64,000 nt of DNA, taken from NCBI GenBank assembly GCA_965202585.1, contig OZ241830.1:29636001-29700000 (forward strand), in the 5' to 3' direction. Positions 25,461-37,126 of this stretch are shown here, piece after piece. Under the pieces are notes generated by a model. The model was not told the origin of the DNA, made no database searches, and was given only the letters and a program-made list of their open reading frames with translations. The stretch is from Thalia democratica. Lineage: Eukaryota. Position numbers and translations under genes: made by a program. Position 1 is the stretch's first letter, and every line of letters begins with the position of its first letter.

Positions 25461-26104
25461 AGGGTTGCCTGTCTTTAAGTCAAAAAACTGTCCTGAGTTT
25501 TTTAAAATTCTTTAAAAAAAATTGAATAATTTTAAAATCTATAAAATTCAAGTTTTTAAATAAATTTGTTATAAAATAGTAAATTTCAGAAAATAAATGA
25601 ACTAAATGTTTTCAAAATCTAGAATAGGGTTTTCCAAAAGTGGGCGATTTTAGTAAGTTGGAGAGCAAAAATTAGTAATGGGTGAAATGGGGGCAAATTT
25701 TTGGCGCCAAAGTGGGCAAAAAAAAGTTTTAGGTGTATTTATGTATTTATTAGTAATTTTGAAACTTTCACAATATACTCTTGAGTTGTAGATGAAGAAT
25801 TAAAAAAGGTCTTAAGTGTATTAAATGTAGTTTTTTGAGTAGTCTTGTGTAGGGGGCAATAGCTTTTTTAATTCTTCAAAGGGGGCAATTTGAAAAAAAA
25901 AGTTTGAAAACTCTGATCTAAAAAATATGTGGCCTTAGATTTATATAAGTCTTATAACTATCCTGCGGTTAAAAAAAAAAAAAAAACTATCGTGAGCTAT
26001 CCTGAGATTAAAATAAAAGTCAAAATATGATTAGTCATTCTGATAATTAAAAAAATTAAAAATACCCTGAGTTATCATGTTAATCATTAGTGCGTGGCTT
26101 CCCT
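25461..26104. mobile_element. CAGGGTTG-family MITE (inverted relative to 15217-15554), split by a nested insertion
   Basis: Starts AGGGTTGCCTGTCTTTAAGTCAAAAAACTGTCC, matching the reverse complement of the end of 15217-15554. Similarity resumes after 25923 (GGCCTTAGATTT...AACTATCCTG). It ends GTGGCTTCCCTTG. Confidence 0.65.
25625..25915. mobile_element. hAT (Charlie-like) MITE, nested
   Basis: TSD ATCTAGAA (25617-25624) / ATCTAAAA (25916-25923). Termini TAGGGTTTTCCAAA ... TTTGAAAACTCTG. Confidence 0.75.
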
Positions 26105-29100
26105 TGAAGTACAAATGAAAGTACTAGTTTTATAAATAATCTTAAAACACTAACATACTCTTAATATTGTTATTTAAATACTTTAAAGTTTATTAAGAAA
26201 CTATACTTTACATTTGTAATTCTTTTTTAATCCTTAATCAGATTTGATTTTAGCTGTTACTCCTAGCTTTAACAGCTACAACTGACTTTATTGACTTTGG
26301 CTCTTTATTAGTAATGATGAACATCTTTACAAAATACTTTTTTACGGTCCTATTTAGTTTTAAGTAATAAATATTTAACATTAGTTTTACTTGAAAATTT
26401 TTTAATGCTTGTAATCTTATTTCTTCCTCAAAAAGTAAAAGTAATTCTGGTTTTTAACTAATTTTACTAAAAGACTAAAAAAGTGTTGATAATGAATTTA
26501 AAGTAGATAAAAAACAAGCATTACATTAAAAAAAATTGTAGTAATAACTAGTACTAGATTTAAAAATTATAAAATATAGCCTAAACTTATACAAAAAGTA
26601 AAACAGATTATATACTGTTTAATTTCCTGAAAAGATTATATAAAAATAAACAAACATTACATTCAAAAGGAAAATATAGCATTCACTAGAAAAAATAAAA
26701 TAAAGCTTAAATTTAACTTTTACAAAAAGTCCAAAAATTGTTTTTTATAAATTGCCTAAAAAAAATTTTGCATGCAGAAGTCCGCCTAAAATTCTTCAAC
26801 TAATAAAATGTTTTCTAGATTACAGAAAATAAAGTAAATGTTTCTTTTTTTTAGTTTCTTAGATCCCATATAAAAATATTTCTAATTGGAAGCTTTTAAT
26901 GATATAAAAAGTATACTAAAAAGTCTTGCTTATAGTTTTTCAAATTTCTTTGAATCTTTTACTAGAGGAAACAATAACTAAGACAGAAATAGAAATTACA
27001 AAGAAAAACCCAGTTTTTTTTTCAGTATGAAGTTCAAAGTCAACTTATAAAATCAACTATTTATTTTAATTTTTTGCAATATTACTTTTTAACTAATAAA
27101 CTATTAAGTATAAGTATTTGAGAAAACAAATGCATATTTATATCAAAGTTAATTGAATCTGAGCCTTTAAAAATCTTATAGAATACAAAAGTCCTGAACT
27201 GAAAATGCTTCTAATTAAGTTTGTATATTTTGTTTTATTAACCAAAAGAGTCAGTCAGTACCTAAAAAAAACTTGAAAATAAAAAATCTGTACTGTAAAG
27301 ATAGTTTATAGATTTAGGAAAAAATATCCAAACTAGCTTTGCAAAATACTTTAATTAAGCTTAAGTCAACAGTGCTTTTTATTAAACTAAAAAAATTATT
27401 AAACTAAGATGAGTTACTTTGATTTTTTAAGTACTTTAAAGTAGCCTGAGGGTGTGGTATGGTTACCCTGAGTGTAATTATAAATTTTAATTTTAACTAT
27501 TTTAGAAAACCAGAAAAAAAAGTTATGATATTGATATTCTTTTATTTAAACTACCAATTTTCTATTTCTAAAGTTCATTAACTAACTTATTAAGTTATTT
27601 TTCTTTCATAAGTTGATAGAAATTTACGTATAAACAGTTTAAAACTTTTGGTAAAGCTGTAACGAGCTGCTGCAAAATTCCTTCCACTGTTTGAACATTG
27701 AACTCAAGAGAATATTTTTAGAGCTCGATACGGTCGCATGCACGAGCCAATGGGAATCAAGGCTCCTGATGCAATGATTCATAAAAACATGACAATACAG
27801 TTTTTATGAGAGAAGTTAGTCAGTTCTTTTGAGAGCAGCAACATAAATTGAACTTGTTTGGATTTGTTTCTTCTAAGTATGGATATATATACATATAGAT
27901 TAAAAATATAAATTGATTTAAGTTATCTGAGTTAAATTTAAAAGTTTTGTAATTATTAAATCTTTAGTAGTTTTATTGCACACTAAATGTTTTATTTAAC
28001 TTTTAGTTTATTGTTTTTTTATTGAAAAAGACATAAATATTAACAATTGTTTAAATGCTTATATCTTACTTACTAAAACTTGGTTTTTTATTAAGTTGCA
28101 CTTTTACTTAAATATAAAGTTTTAAAAATAATTTGATGTTTGATATTTTGCTTGTATTTCTTGTGGTTCTTTATATTGTGGATACATCACTCCAAACTGT
28201 CTTCTCTGATTATATAAAGTAGTCTAGAATACCTTTAAGTATTTTATAGATAGAGTCCACTTATATGTTACAAGTTTGCAAAAGTATTTTATATTTAATG
28301 TGTCCAACCTAAGTAATATAAAAGAGAAGTTGTGTGCAACGGGTCCTAAGCATAACAGTGATAGAAATTCACCCCGCCAGCAGAAAAAGTATAATCAAAA
28401 AAGTCAGGTTGAAAATCTACCCACAGAAAGTCAACCAGACCCAACTGAGGCTTTTGATGTTGAACCACCAACATCTTCAGCTCATTAACTAATCTTCATT
28501 TAATTAAACTAATCTAACTTTAAGTTCAAATGTTAATTTAATGGGGAAAACTTAAAATATTACAATGTTAAAATTAAGTTACTTTAGTCATGGTCTGGTA
28601 TTTCTCATTCAATATTAAAGAAACATTGAACTAGATGGTAAATTTTAAAAGTGCTAAAAATTAAAAACTTTATGGTAAGTTTAGAGGACCATTAAGATAA
28701 AAACTTTAAAATGATTCATTAAATTTAAATCTGATATTAAAATATAATATTAAAAAGCTTGGATTAAAGTTTTTGAATCTAACCAAATTGAATTTGAAAT
28801 AAATAATATTATTCTAATACTAAAAATTAAGTTCACAAAAATAAATCAAACTTTTTATACAAGTCCTAGTACATCATTTTAATTTAGTTACATAAACTTA
28901 TGTTTTTATTAAAAGAAACTTAAGTAAATTAGTCTTGGACTTTATTTTTCAAAGGGCTTTCAATAATTTAAATTTGTAGTGACTTAATAGTGAGCTAATA
29001 ACTTAGAGCTTTGTTTAGCTGCTTTCAAATATTGTTAGTATTAAAAAACTAAAGCTTAGGAATGCAATTAAAGAAGGAGGCAAAGTTGTTTACTTTAAAA

Positions 29101-30100
29101 GCTTAATATAATTTTTTTACCTACTTAATATTTTTAACTGATTTGTCTTTCTTTAACTTAACTTTAAGTATTTTTACAAGTCAAAGTTATCAGATTTCAG
29201 GGTGAAAAGGCCAAAAACTAAACATTAAATCAAAACAGAAATAAGTTTAATTTAATATTCAAAACTTTTAATATTTTGCAATTCTTATTTTAAGTTATTT
29301 ATTTGAAGTTATGCTTTTAAGCGCCACTTGTGGTTAAATTCAAAAATAAACTTCATACATAGTGCTGAATTTTAAATATTGATCAGATTTTTTTTCAGAA
29401 ATAGGTAAACTAGTTAATGTTTTTTGAAAGCAGCTGGAATATAAAAGAGGTTAGTAGTTTGTTCATCTATTGTATTGTAAGTTTTTATTGTAAGTATGAA
29501 ATGCCTTAAGTTACTAAAGTTTATGTGCATGTTATAGTAGAATAGTGAAAAATAAATTTATAGTAATCATTTGATAAGCTACTATGGTTAAAAAAAATCT
29601 AAGCGTAATAAAAGAGAAACATTTAAATTTTGAAGTTTACCTTTTTTTTTTTGATTTTTTCTAATGTGTTTAGGTACAACACAATTTTTTCTATCCTAAC
29701 TTAGATAAAAGTTAAATAATAATAAATTTTTTGTTTATTTTTAGTGTAATTAAATCTCTACTTGAATATTTCAATAGTGAAATTATTACAAATATTTAAA
29801 AAAAATCTTACAACTTTGTTGAAAACTGCACGTAATATTTTTTTTTTGTTTTATATAATTTATGCATTGAACATTTATTTGAAAACATTGTTATAAAAAA
29901 ATGTGTTGATTGTCCTAATCATGATAAAAATATACTGAAAACTTAATATTTTATGTTAAACGTTGCATAAAAAATTAACCATAAATAACTATCTTAATAA
30001 AGTTTAAATCTAAAGAAATGACTTTCTTAGGATTACAAAAAAATCTCATTTTCTAATAATTTTGCTTTTTTATTTTAACTATAAAACTCAAAAAAATTTT

Positions 30101-30303
30101 TGGGTTGCCATTTTACCTGGAAACCTGGAAAAAACTGGAAAAATCTTGAATTTGAGAAATTAAAAAAAAATATGGAAAAACCCGGAATTTTGAATAAAAA
30201 CCACTTTAAAACCTACAGTAACCTTAAATTTAAACAATAAGACCAAAAAAAAAGTACTTTTAAAAATCCGGAGTAAATTTGCCAAAAGTCGGTGTCAAAC
30301 CTA
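30101..30303. mobile_element. MITE of the 10512-10923 family in inverted orientation
   Basis: TGGGTTGCCATTTTACCTGGAAACCTGGAAAAAACTGG matches the reverse complement of the right end of 10512-10923. Confidence 0.7.
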
Positions 30304-31415
30304 TTTTATTTTATTCAGTTGTAAGGTGTGAATATTGGTTCACTCAATGGTTTATTGGTAATACTTATCATTACTAAATTCTACCTTATTTAGTTACTAC
30401 ATTATAAACTCTAGATTCTATTTGACCATATTTTATATAAATCAGACAAAACAGTTTAAACAATGTATATATTATAAAAAAGAACCAAAAACATTACTTG
30501 AACAAAACAATTTTATATTAATGTATTATTAAAAACTTCAGTCAAATAAAACAACTGTGCTTGCTTAAAAGCTTTGCAGATGTGCATTTTATAAAATCTA
30601 GAACCTTTTATATTCTTTATTCCTAGTTTTAGGTAGTCTACTATAACTGAAATTAATTAGTAATTTTGACACCGCATAGTAGTATTAAGTAGAATTAGAT
30701 ATTTTGATTGGATAAATTTATTAAATGCAGGATGTTTATATCTTAAATAAGTTTTCTGTCCTAATTGAACATCTAAAAAAATATTTAATGTAAAAAACAG
30801 CTTTTTCTGATAAAAATAAATATTCTGTAGATTAAATAACTTTTTTTTATTTTGAAGCATTTTTTGATATTATTTTACAGCTTAGCTAGAAATGTTGTGA
30901 ATAATATCTGCATAGAATAATGTATCTAAATTTTAGTATGATTATTACTTAAAAGCTTAGTCATTTATTAAAACTTCTTATTATATTATAAGTGTAGCAA
31001 AGTAATTTTTTTAATCAGAAAATTCTTCTTTGAGTTAATAAATTTTCCTATGATCTAATGAATTTGTTCTAATAATGCTTAATAAACAGTTTTATAAACA
31101 TATCGGAAACAATGATGTATTTTATATTTCCAAACATTAGTTATTTTAATAATAAGTCTTAGACTAAAGTCCTTTAGAAGTTGCTGACTTAATTTCAGTT
31201 ACTTAACCAGCAAGTCGATATTAATATTTCTTTTCATAAATTTAACTTATACATAATTATTAATAGAGCTGAAGTTACTAATAGATAGAAAGAAAAAAAA
31301 AACATATGTCTTTTAAATTTTGTTATAGTACATAATTACAATAATTAAAAGTCGCAAAATTCTATTCAAATAATTTTTTAAATTAATTTCATTTTTTTTC
31401 AGAAAGTTTAAGAAA

Positions 31416-31757
31416 ATGGACACCATAACACCAATATACAATGCCACCAGCACTGTAGTATCAGCAGCTTATTATGCAAGCAAAACAGTGTTCGATACAA
31501 TGCCAGGAATCATCAGCAGTCTCACAGGAGCTAACACCGCCACAATAATAACCATTGAAAGCTCTTACTTCAACCTCGTATTCGCATTGATAGTAGTGTT
31601 TATTTTCTTCGTGATAGCGAAGAATTTACTAACAATGTTTTGGAATGTTGTGAAAAATTGTGTGGCATTATGTACGACTTTTATTGTTGTTATTATTGTG
31701 TGTCATGTATGTGATTATAGTTTTAACACAATTGACTGCATTACTAGTAAATTTTAG
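31416..31757 (+). CDS. Small hydrophobic protein, family member A', 113 aa
   Basis: Intact ORF with the same length as 9993-10334 and 64% identity to it. Acceptor TTTTTTTTCAG|AAAG lies just upstream of the ATG. Confidence 0.85.
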   Translation: MDTITPIYNATSTVVSAAYYASKTVFDTMPGIISSLTGANTATIITIESSYFNLVFALIVVFIFFVIAKNLLTMFWNVVKNCVALCTTFIVVIIVCHVCDYSFNTIDCITSKF

Positions 31758-34749
31758 TATCAAGGAAATAGCATACCTTGAATAAACTATTAGAAAATTT
31801 AAAATTATGGTTTTTTTTATTCTTCTAGAGTTCTACTATTTTATGCAAAAAAAATTGAAGTCTATTAATTGTTTTATTACGAATATTAATTTGAGGTCAA
31901 GGAAAAATCATAATGAAAAAACTGATAAGTACATACTTAAAAAGCTTATCTAACTAGTTTGAATTTCTAATTATAGTAGTTAGAGTACCGTTTATTTCAA
32001 AAAACTAAGTATTTAGTTGTTTCTTAGGGTCTGAGGGGGTTTTTATTTTTTTGGTAATTTTTTTAATTAGTACAAAGAAAGTTTAAGATCTAACTGAAAG
32101 CAAATAGTCTTTTTATTTTTGAACTAATCATAAATAAAAATAGAGGTACTTGTTCTTCCAATCGAAACTTAAGAAAAATACTTATAATTTGGACGTTACA
32201 AGTAAGTTTAGAAAGTCTAATTTTCAGAAAACATTTTTAACTTTAACAATTCCGTAAATTACGTCATAATAGTAGTTATTTTTTTTCTATACATGATATC
32301 ATAAAAAAATGCTAACAGTCAGTAATATAATTTTTAAGTAGATGATGCTTTATTTATCAACGTCTTAGTTATCCGAAATCGTGTCAATGAAGTTTTATTA
32401 ATAGTGTAAAGACTTAGTATTACTATAAATAACCAGACACAACAATTGAGTGGGTTTCTCTATTAAACGAACTTCAATGAATGCAAAACAAATTGTTAAA
32501 GTTACAAGAACTATTAAATATATAATTTTTGTACTAAAATACTGTATATTAACCACTTTATAAAAGTCAATAATATATTAAGAAAAACTTAAAATTAAAT
32601 GCAAAACCAAAAGTTAAAAACTAAAAGAACTATAAAAGTATGTCACTTATGTGAAAAATGCTTTATAATAAACCATTTAAAAAAATGCATTTAATAAATC
32701 ACTTGTTGAAAATCAAAAGCGCTATAAAAATGTACAGTAAGAGATTACAAAACTTTCTTTAAATAACAGTCTTAAAATTTAACAAATACAATTATATATA
32801 CTAAAACTTTATAAAACAACTCAATACCAATATTCAAGTGTCATTTTTTTAAACAGTCTCTGCAACTCCTGGCGGTTATACCAACATCACTCTGTCTGTT
32901 TTATCAGATTATCAAAAAAACATTACATAAAATTTTGCATCAGTCAGTTTTGATAATACGTCATAAAAGAAAAATGCGCTCTAAATCTCTTTTTTATTCT
33001 CTTCCCACTTATGTTACATAAGACTTGCCCGAGCAAGAATTTTAATTGCAATAACTCTCTTAAAAACAAAACGGTTCTGAAGTGAAACTAGGAATAGCGT
33101 TACAAAACTATTTTCGCTTATGATATCTAAATACTTATACTTAAACTTAAATGAAGCGTTTAAAAACTTTCAAAGGTCAATTAGAGGTCATTTTTAAATT
33201 TGTTTTTACTTTATGAAAATTTTGCAGATACAAAACGTTTTCTTTACGATAAATATTTAAATTGTTTTATTATAGCGACGTTTTATTACATTTTTTTGAG
33301 ACTTTAAATTAATTACAAACTATTTTTTTTTAAATATCTTAACCTACAACCTCCAAAAAGTGTTTATTTTAAAAGCATTCCATTTTTAAAGTTACCAGCT
33401 TAGTTGAAACTTGAAAATCTAAATTAGTTTGATTTTTTATTTACGTTAGCATTTTTTTGACTAAATTCAAAAATTACGCATAACAAAAAAAAATTATTTT
33501 ACTCAATTTTGATAGAAACTTAACAATTCTGTTTTGAACAGTATGGTTAAAATCTAATATATGCTTAATTTTAATGTGTTTTCGTTACATTTTGCAGAAT
33601 AAAGAAAATAATACTTGCAAAACTTTTCAATAAAAATTGTATATCTAACCATTTAGTTTTATACATAAATCTATAATATTTCTAAAAAGTTTTCTCATTT
33701 TATTGAAGAAACTTAAGATACGAGAAACATAGGAGTAATTTAAAAAGCTTAAGTGCCTAGTATAAAATAACTTAAAAATTTATATAAAGTTTTTTGGTCA
33801 ACAGTTAGTTCTTAACTGATAAGTGTTTATATTTTACAAAAATTAGTAAAAGTATTAATTTGTAAATTTAGCTTGAACATTTATAAGTATCTATAAAGGT
33901 ATTAGTAAAAAACGCTCAAAAAGTTTTGTTTAAGGACTTGGTGTAGAAAAAAACGCTTCGGTCTTAAATGATAGCATTTAAATTTTTTATGTGCTTGTAA
34001 ATAATAGTTTAGAATAAAAATATTTTAAAAATTAATTTTCACAAGCTAAGTATAATTTTAAATGTGGATACTCTTTTTATCGGCAAAAAATCAACCAAAT
34101 TTGTTTACTTTGAATGATCGAAATCGAATTAACTTGATTAAATTAGTGTAACTCACGTTGGACTTAAGATGATTATTAACAAACTTATTCAAACAGTTAA
34201 ATTTCAGTGAAGCTATCAGTCAATAATATTGCTGCGTTGTATTCAAATTACTGCTCAAAATAAATTGGTCAGTTTTAAATATTGTTAAAACTTAATTTCT
34301 ATAACATTATAGGTAAGAGATAGTTTTTGTTACACAGAATAAAACATTAAGGATAGCATGTGTTTAAAAGTTTAGTTAAATTTCTTGTAAAATAAAATAA
34401 CCTAATATTTTTTTTTTCGAATAAAAGTTATTTTTTATTAAGTTGGACTTGCTTATTTTACTTATATTTTAGCTATTAATTAGTACTATTGAATTTTTAG
34501 TAATTGTTTTAGGCTCCATAGATTTTTTAATTTATTAACTCCTAAAGTATAACTAAAATCATTAGTTTTTCACTCTATAAATATTATATGAGAATATTTA
34601 TCTTTAATTTACTATTGATAATATCTATTTTAAATCCAAGTTAGAAAAAGAAATGCTTTTTCATAATGTCAAATCTAAACATCCAATTAACAATTAAATC
34701 TTTGAAACAGATACACTATCCCTGAGCTGTTCGCTGAACTTCTGAAAAA

Positions 34750-35019
34750 ATGGGTCTTGTTCAAAACGCTGAAACCCATTCCTTTGATGACTTCTTTACA
34801 ACAGCTAAAAAGTGGTTTCTCGGATTTACCTTGGGTTTTGTCTCTCTGATATGCTGCGTTGGCGTTCTGATGATTTTTGGCTCGTTCCTGAAAGATTGGT
34901 GCGATGGGAAAATTGTTGGCGAGTGGGGAATTTTTTATGTGATGCGGCCTCAGTTTTATGTTGCAATTCTTATTTCGTCGACTTTAGGTTTCTTGAAAAT
35001 CATAAAATTTTTCAATTAA
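34750..35019 (+). CDS. Small 2-TM protein of unknown function, 89 aa
   Basis: GC-richer ORF with two hydrophobic segments (FLGFTLGFVSLICCVGVLMIFGSFL; FYVAILISSTLGFL). Acceptor TTTGAAACAG|A at 34710. Homology to the A/B family is not established. Confidence 0.55.
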   Translation: MGLVQNAETHSFDDFFTTAKKWFLGFTLGFVSLICCVGVLMIFGSFLKDWCDGKIVGEWGIFYVMRPQFYVAILISSTLGFLKIIKFFN

Positions 35020-36630
35020 TAATAAGGGTGTTTTAGTTACTAGTGGCAATTTTATGTTGATATACAAAGTTTTTTGTAACGTACGCAAAAAATTTTATTA
35101 GTGTTACGTTTATCAGTTACGTTAAACTTTGTTTTCGTAAATTTTCTGTTTGTAAATATGTTACAATAAAATGACATAAGGATAAAAAGTTTCATCCTTT
35201 TTTTTTACTTAACTTTAATACTACTATAACATAAAAGTCACACAACTATATTATATATTTACTAGAAGTAGTCTATAAGTGATTCAAAAAGAAACTAAAA
35301 CTCCAAAGAAAAGCTTAAATGGCAATAAATAAATGATATAGCTTTATTGTTTGCTAAATTGTTTCAACCAATTTAAACTAATTCACATTAGTAGTAGAGA
35401 ACTCCTTTTAATGCACTCAAACAAGATGATAGTTATTTGAGTTAACTATCTTTTTTCTTCCGAAAATATTTAATATAAGTTTAAAAACACGTTCTTGATT
35501 TAGTAAGCAACATTTTTTAACTGTTGACCTTTCTAACTGCATAAAAAACTTCATTACCTTTTCGAAAACCGTATTTGATTGAATTATTTCTCAAAAACCT
35601 TGAGATAATTCAAACCGTTTCGGCAAAAATTTCAGACTAACAAAATTTGTAACAATTTACATTTAAAGTCACTACTCATTGTAGTGCAAATGTTTTGTAG
35701 ATGATATTTTATTTCTAAACTTGTTTAACTATCCAGAAAATTATCAATGATTCTTTCTTCTTAATAATGTAAAGCATGTCTTGGTTTAAATAAAATAATG
35801 GAAAGCTTAGCTTAGCTTAGCTCAGTACATCTAAAAAATAGCATAACATGTGTTTTTACTATATTTTTTACAACAAGAGTTTGAAAAATTTAGTTAAACT
35901 TAAAAGTTATATATTTTTAGCCTGGAAACGGTTACGTGGATGCTAAGTTTTTTTTTATCACTTTTTATCACTTTTTTTATACTATACTTAACAACAACTC
36001 TTAGTATTGTCAAGCAGTATTATAGAGTTGATGTTGGTAATCAACATGCTGACATTAATAACTAAGCTTAACTTAAATTAGATATAAAATATTGAATAAA
36101 GTAGTAACTTATTATATTATATTACATTTTGTTTAGAGTTTTAAATATGGATAATTTTCTGGTGACATGATAATCTATTTAAATTATCATAGTTTTTAGT
36201 AGTTTCCATGTAAAAACTCTGAAGTTAATCAGGTGTTAAGTTTTATGTCAATAATGAGATCTACGTTTTATAATCCTTATAAACTGTTAATAGTTCAAAA
36301 GTACATTCAAATTTAAAATATATATGTTTTTTAGGAAAAAGTGTTAAATGGATAAAAAAAGTATTTGCTTATTTTTTTTTTGTTTTATAATAAATATGTT
36401 TTTATATATCTTTCCATACATGTTAAAGGTTTTATAGAGAACATAACTACAATTTAGTAAAAAGTAGACAATCTACTGTATTTTGAATATTTATTTTGTT
36501 TTTAATTACAACTTAGTTATAACAAATTTTTGTAGTTTTGATTTTATGTCTTCCGTTATCGAACTTTTTACCACTTTTTATTTAGTTTTCTCAAAAATTT
36601 TAAGTTTAAGCGTTTTTTAACAGAATATAT

Positions 36631-37126
36631 AACAAAGGGTTGATCATGCCACTCCGATTATCAAACCACTAGCTCTTGTTAGACTGAGACCGGTTTTGTC
36701 CTTATTAGAACTCATTAGCTAATCACAACCGAAAAACTTGTGACGAAACCGATAGCAAGTACGGTTTCTCATGCACTCTTGTGAAGCAACCATTTGCTGG
36801 CAATGACCAGTGACGTTAGCATCGTCTTTTGCCGTGCAACGTTAAAAACATTGCCCACTCGGCATTACATATGGTACGCTCGTATTAAGTCGATCAACAA
36901 AAACATTGACGAAAGTTTGCAGAGCAGAAGCCTTGACTTTCGCATGCCGTTAGACAAAGCTCAAGTTTTACAAAGAGTTGATCATGCCAATTCCATCATC
37001 AAACCACAAGCTTTCGGTAGACTGAGACAGGCTTCGTCCTTATTAGGACTCATTAGTCAGTCATAACCGAAAAGTTTGCAGTCGTCAATCAACAAACGGT
37101 TTATCATGCTTTGTTAATGAAGCAAC
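36631..37126 (-). repeat. Second retrozyme-like tandem locus, ~1.5 units of ~338 bp, with two degenerate hammerheads (~36668-36741 and ~37006-37080)
   Basis: GTTGATCATGCC at 36639 and 36977; colinear with 2890-3300. The minus-strand cores read CUAAUGA...AAAA and CUAAUGA-GUCC-UAAUAA-GGAC-GAAG. Confidence 0.85.

Noticed and set aside
13230-27860. Possible mirror pairing of the decayed segments at 13.3 kb and 27.7 kb
   Set aside because: Their positions are symmetric, but only a 10-mer (ACAGCTTTAC) aligns, which is not enough.
29321-29333. CTCF-like GCGCCACTTGTGG
   Set aside because: It is one base short of the core spacing and isolated.
5752-35019. Extension of the inverted duplication to the 5.9-kb and 34.8-kb ORFs or to the two retrozyme loci
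   Set aside because: The two ORFs are not similar, and the retrozyme loci and the short 6130/33909 repeats are direct rather than inverted.
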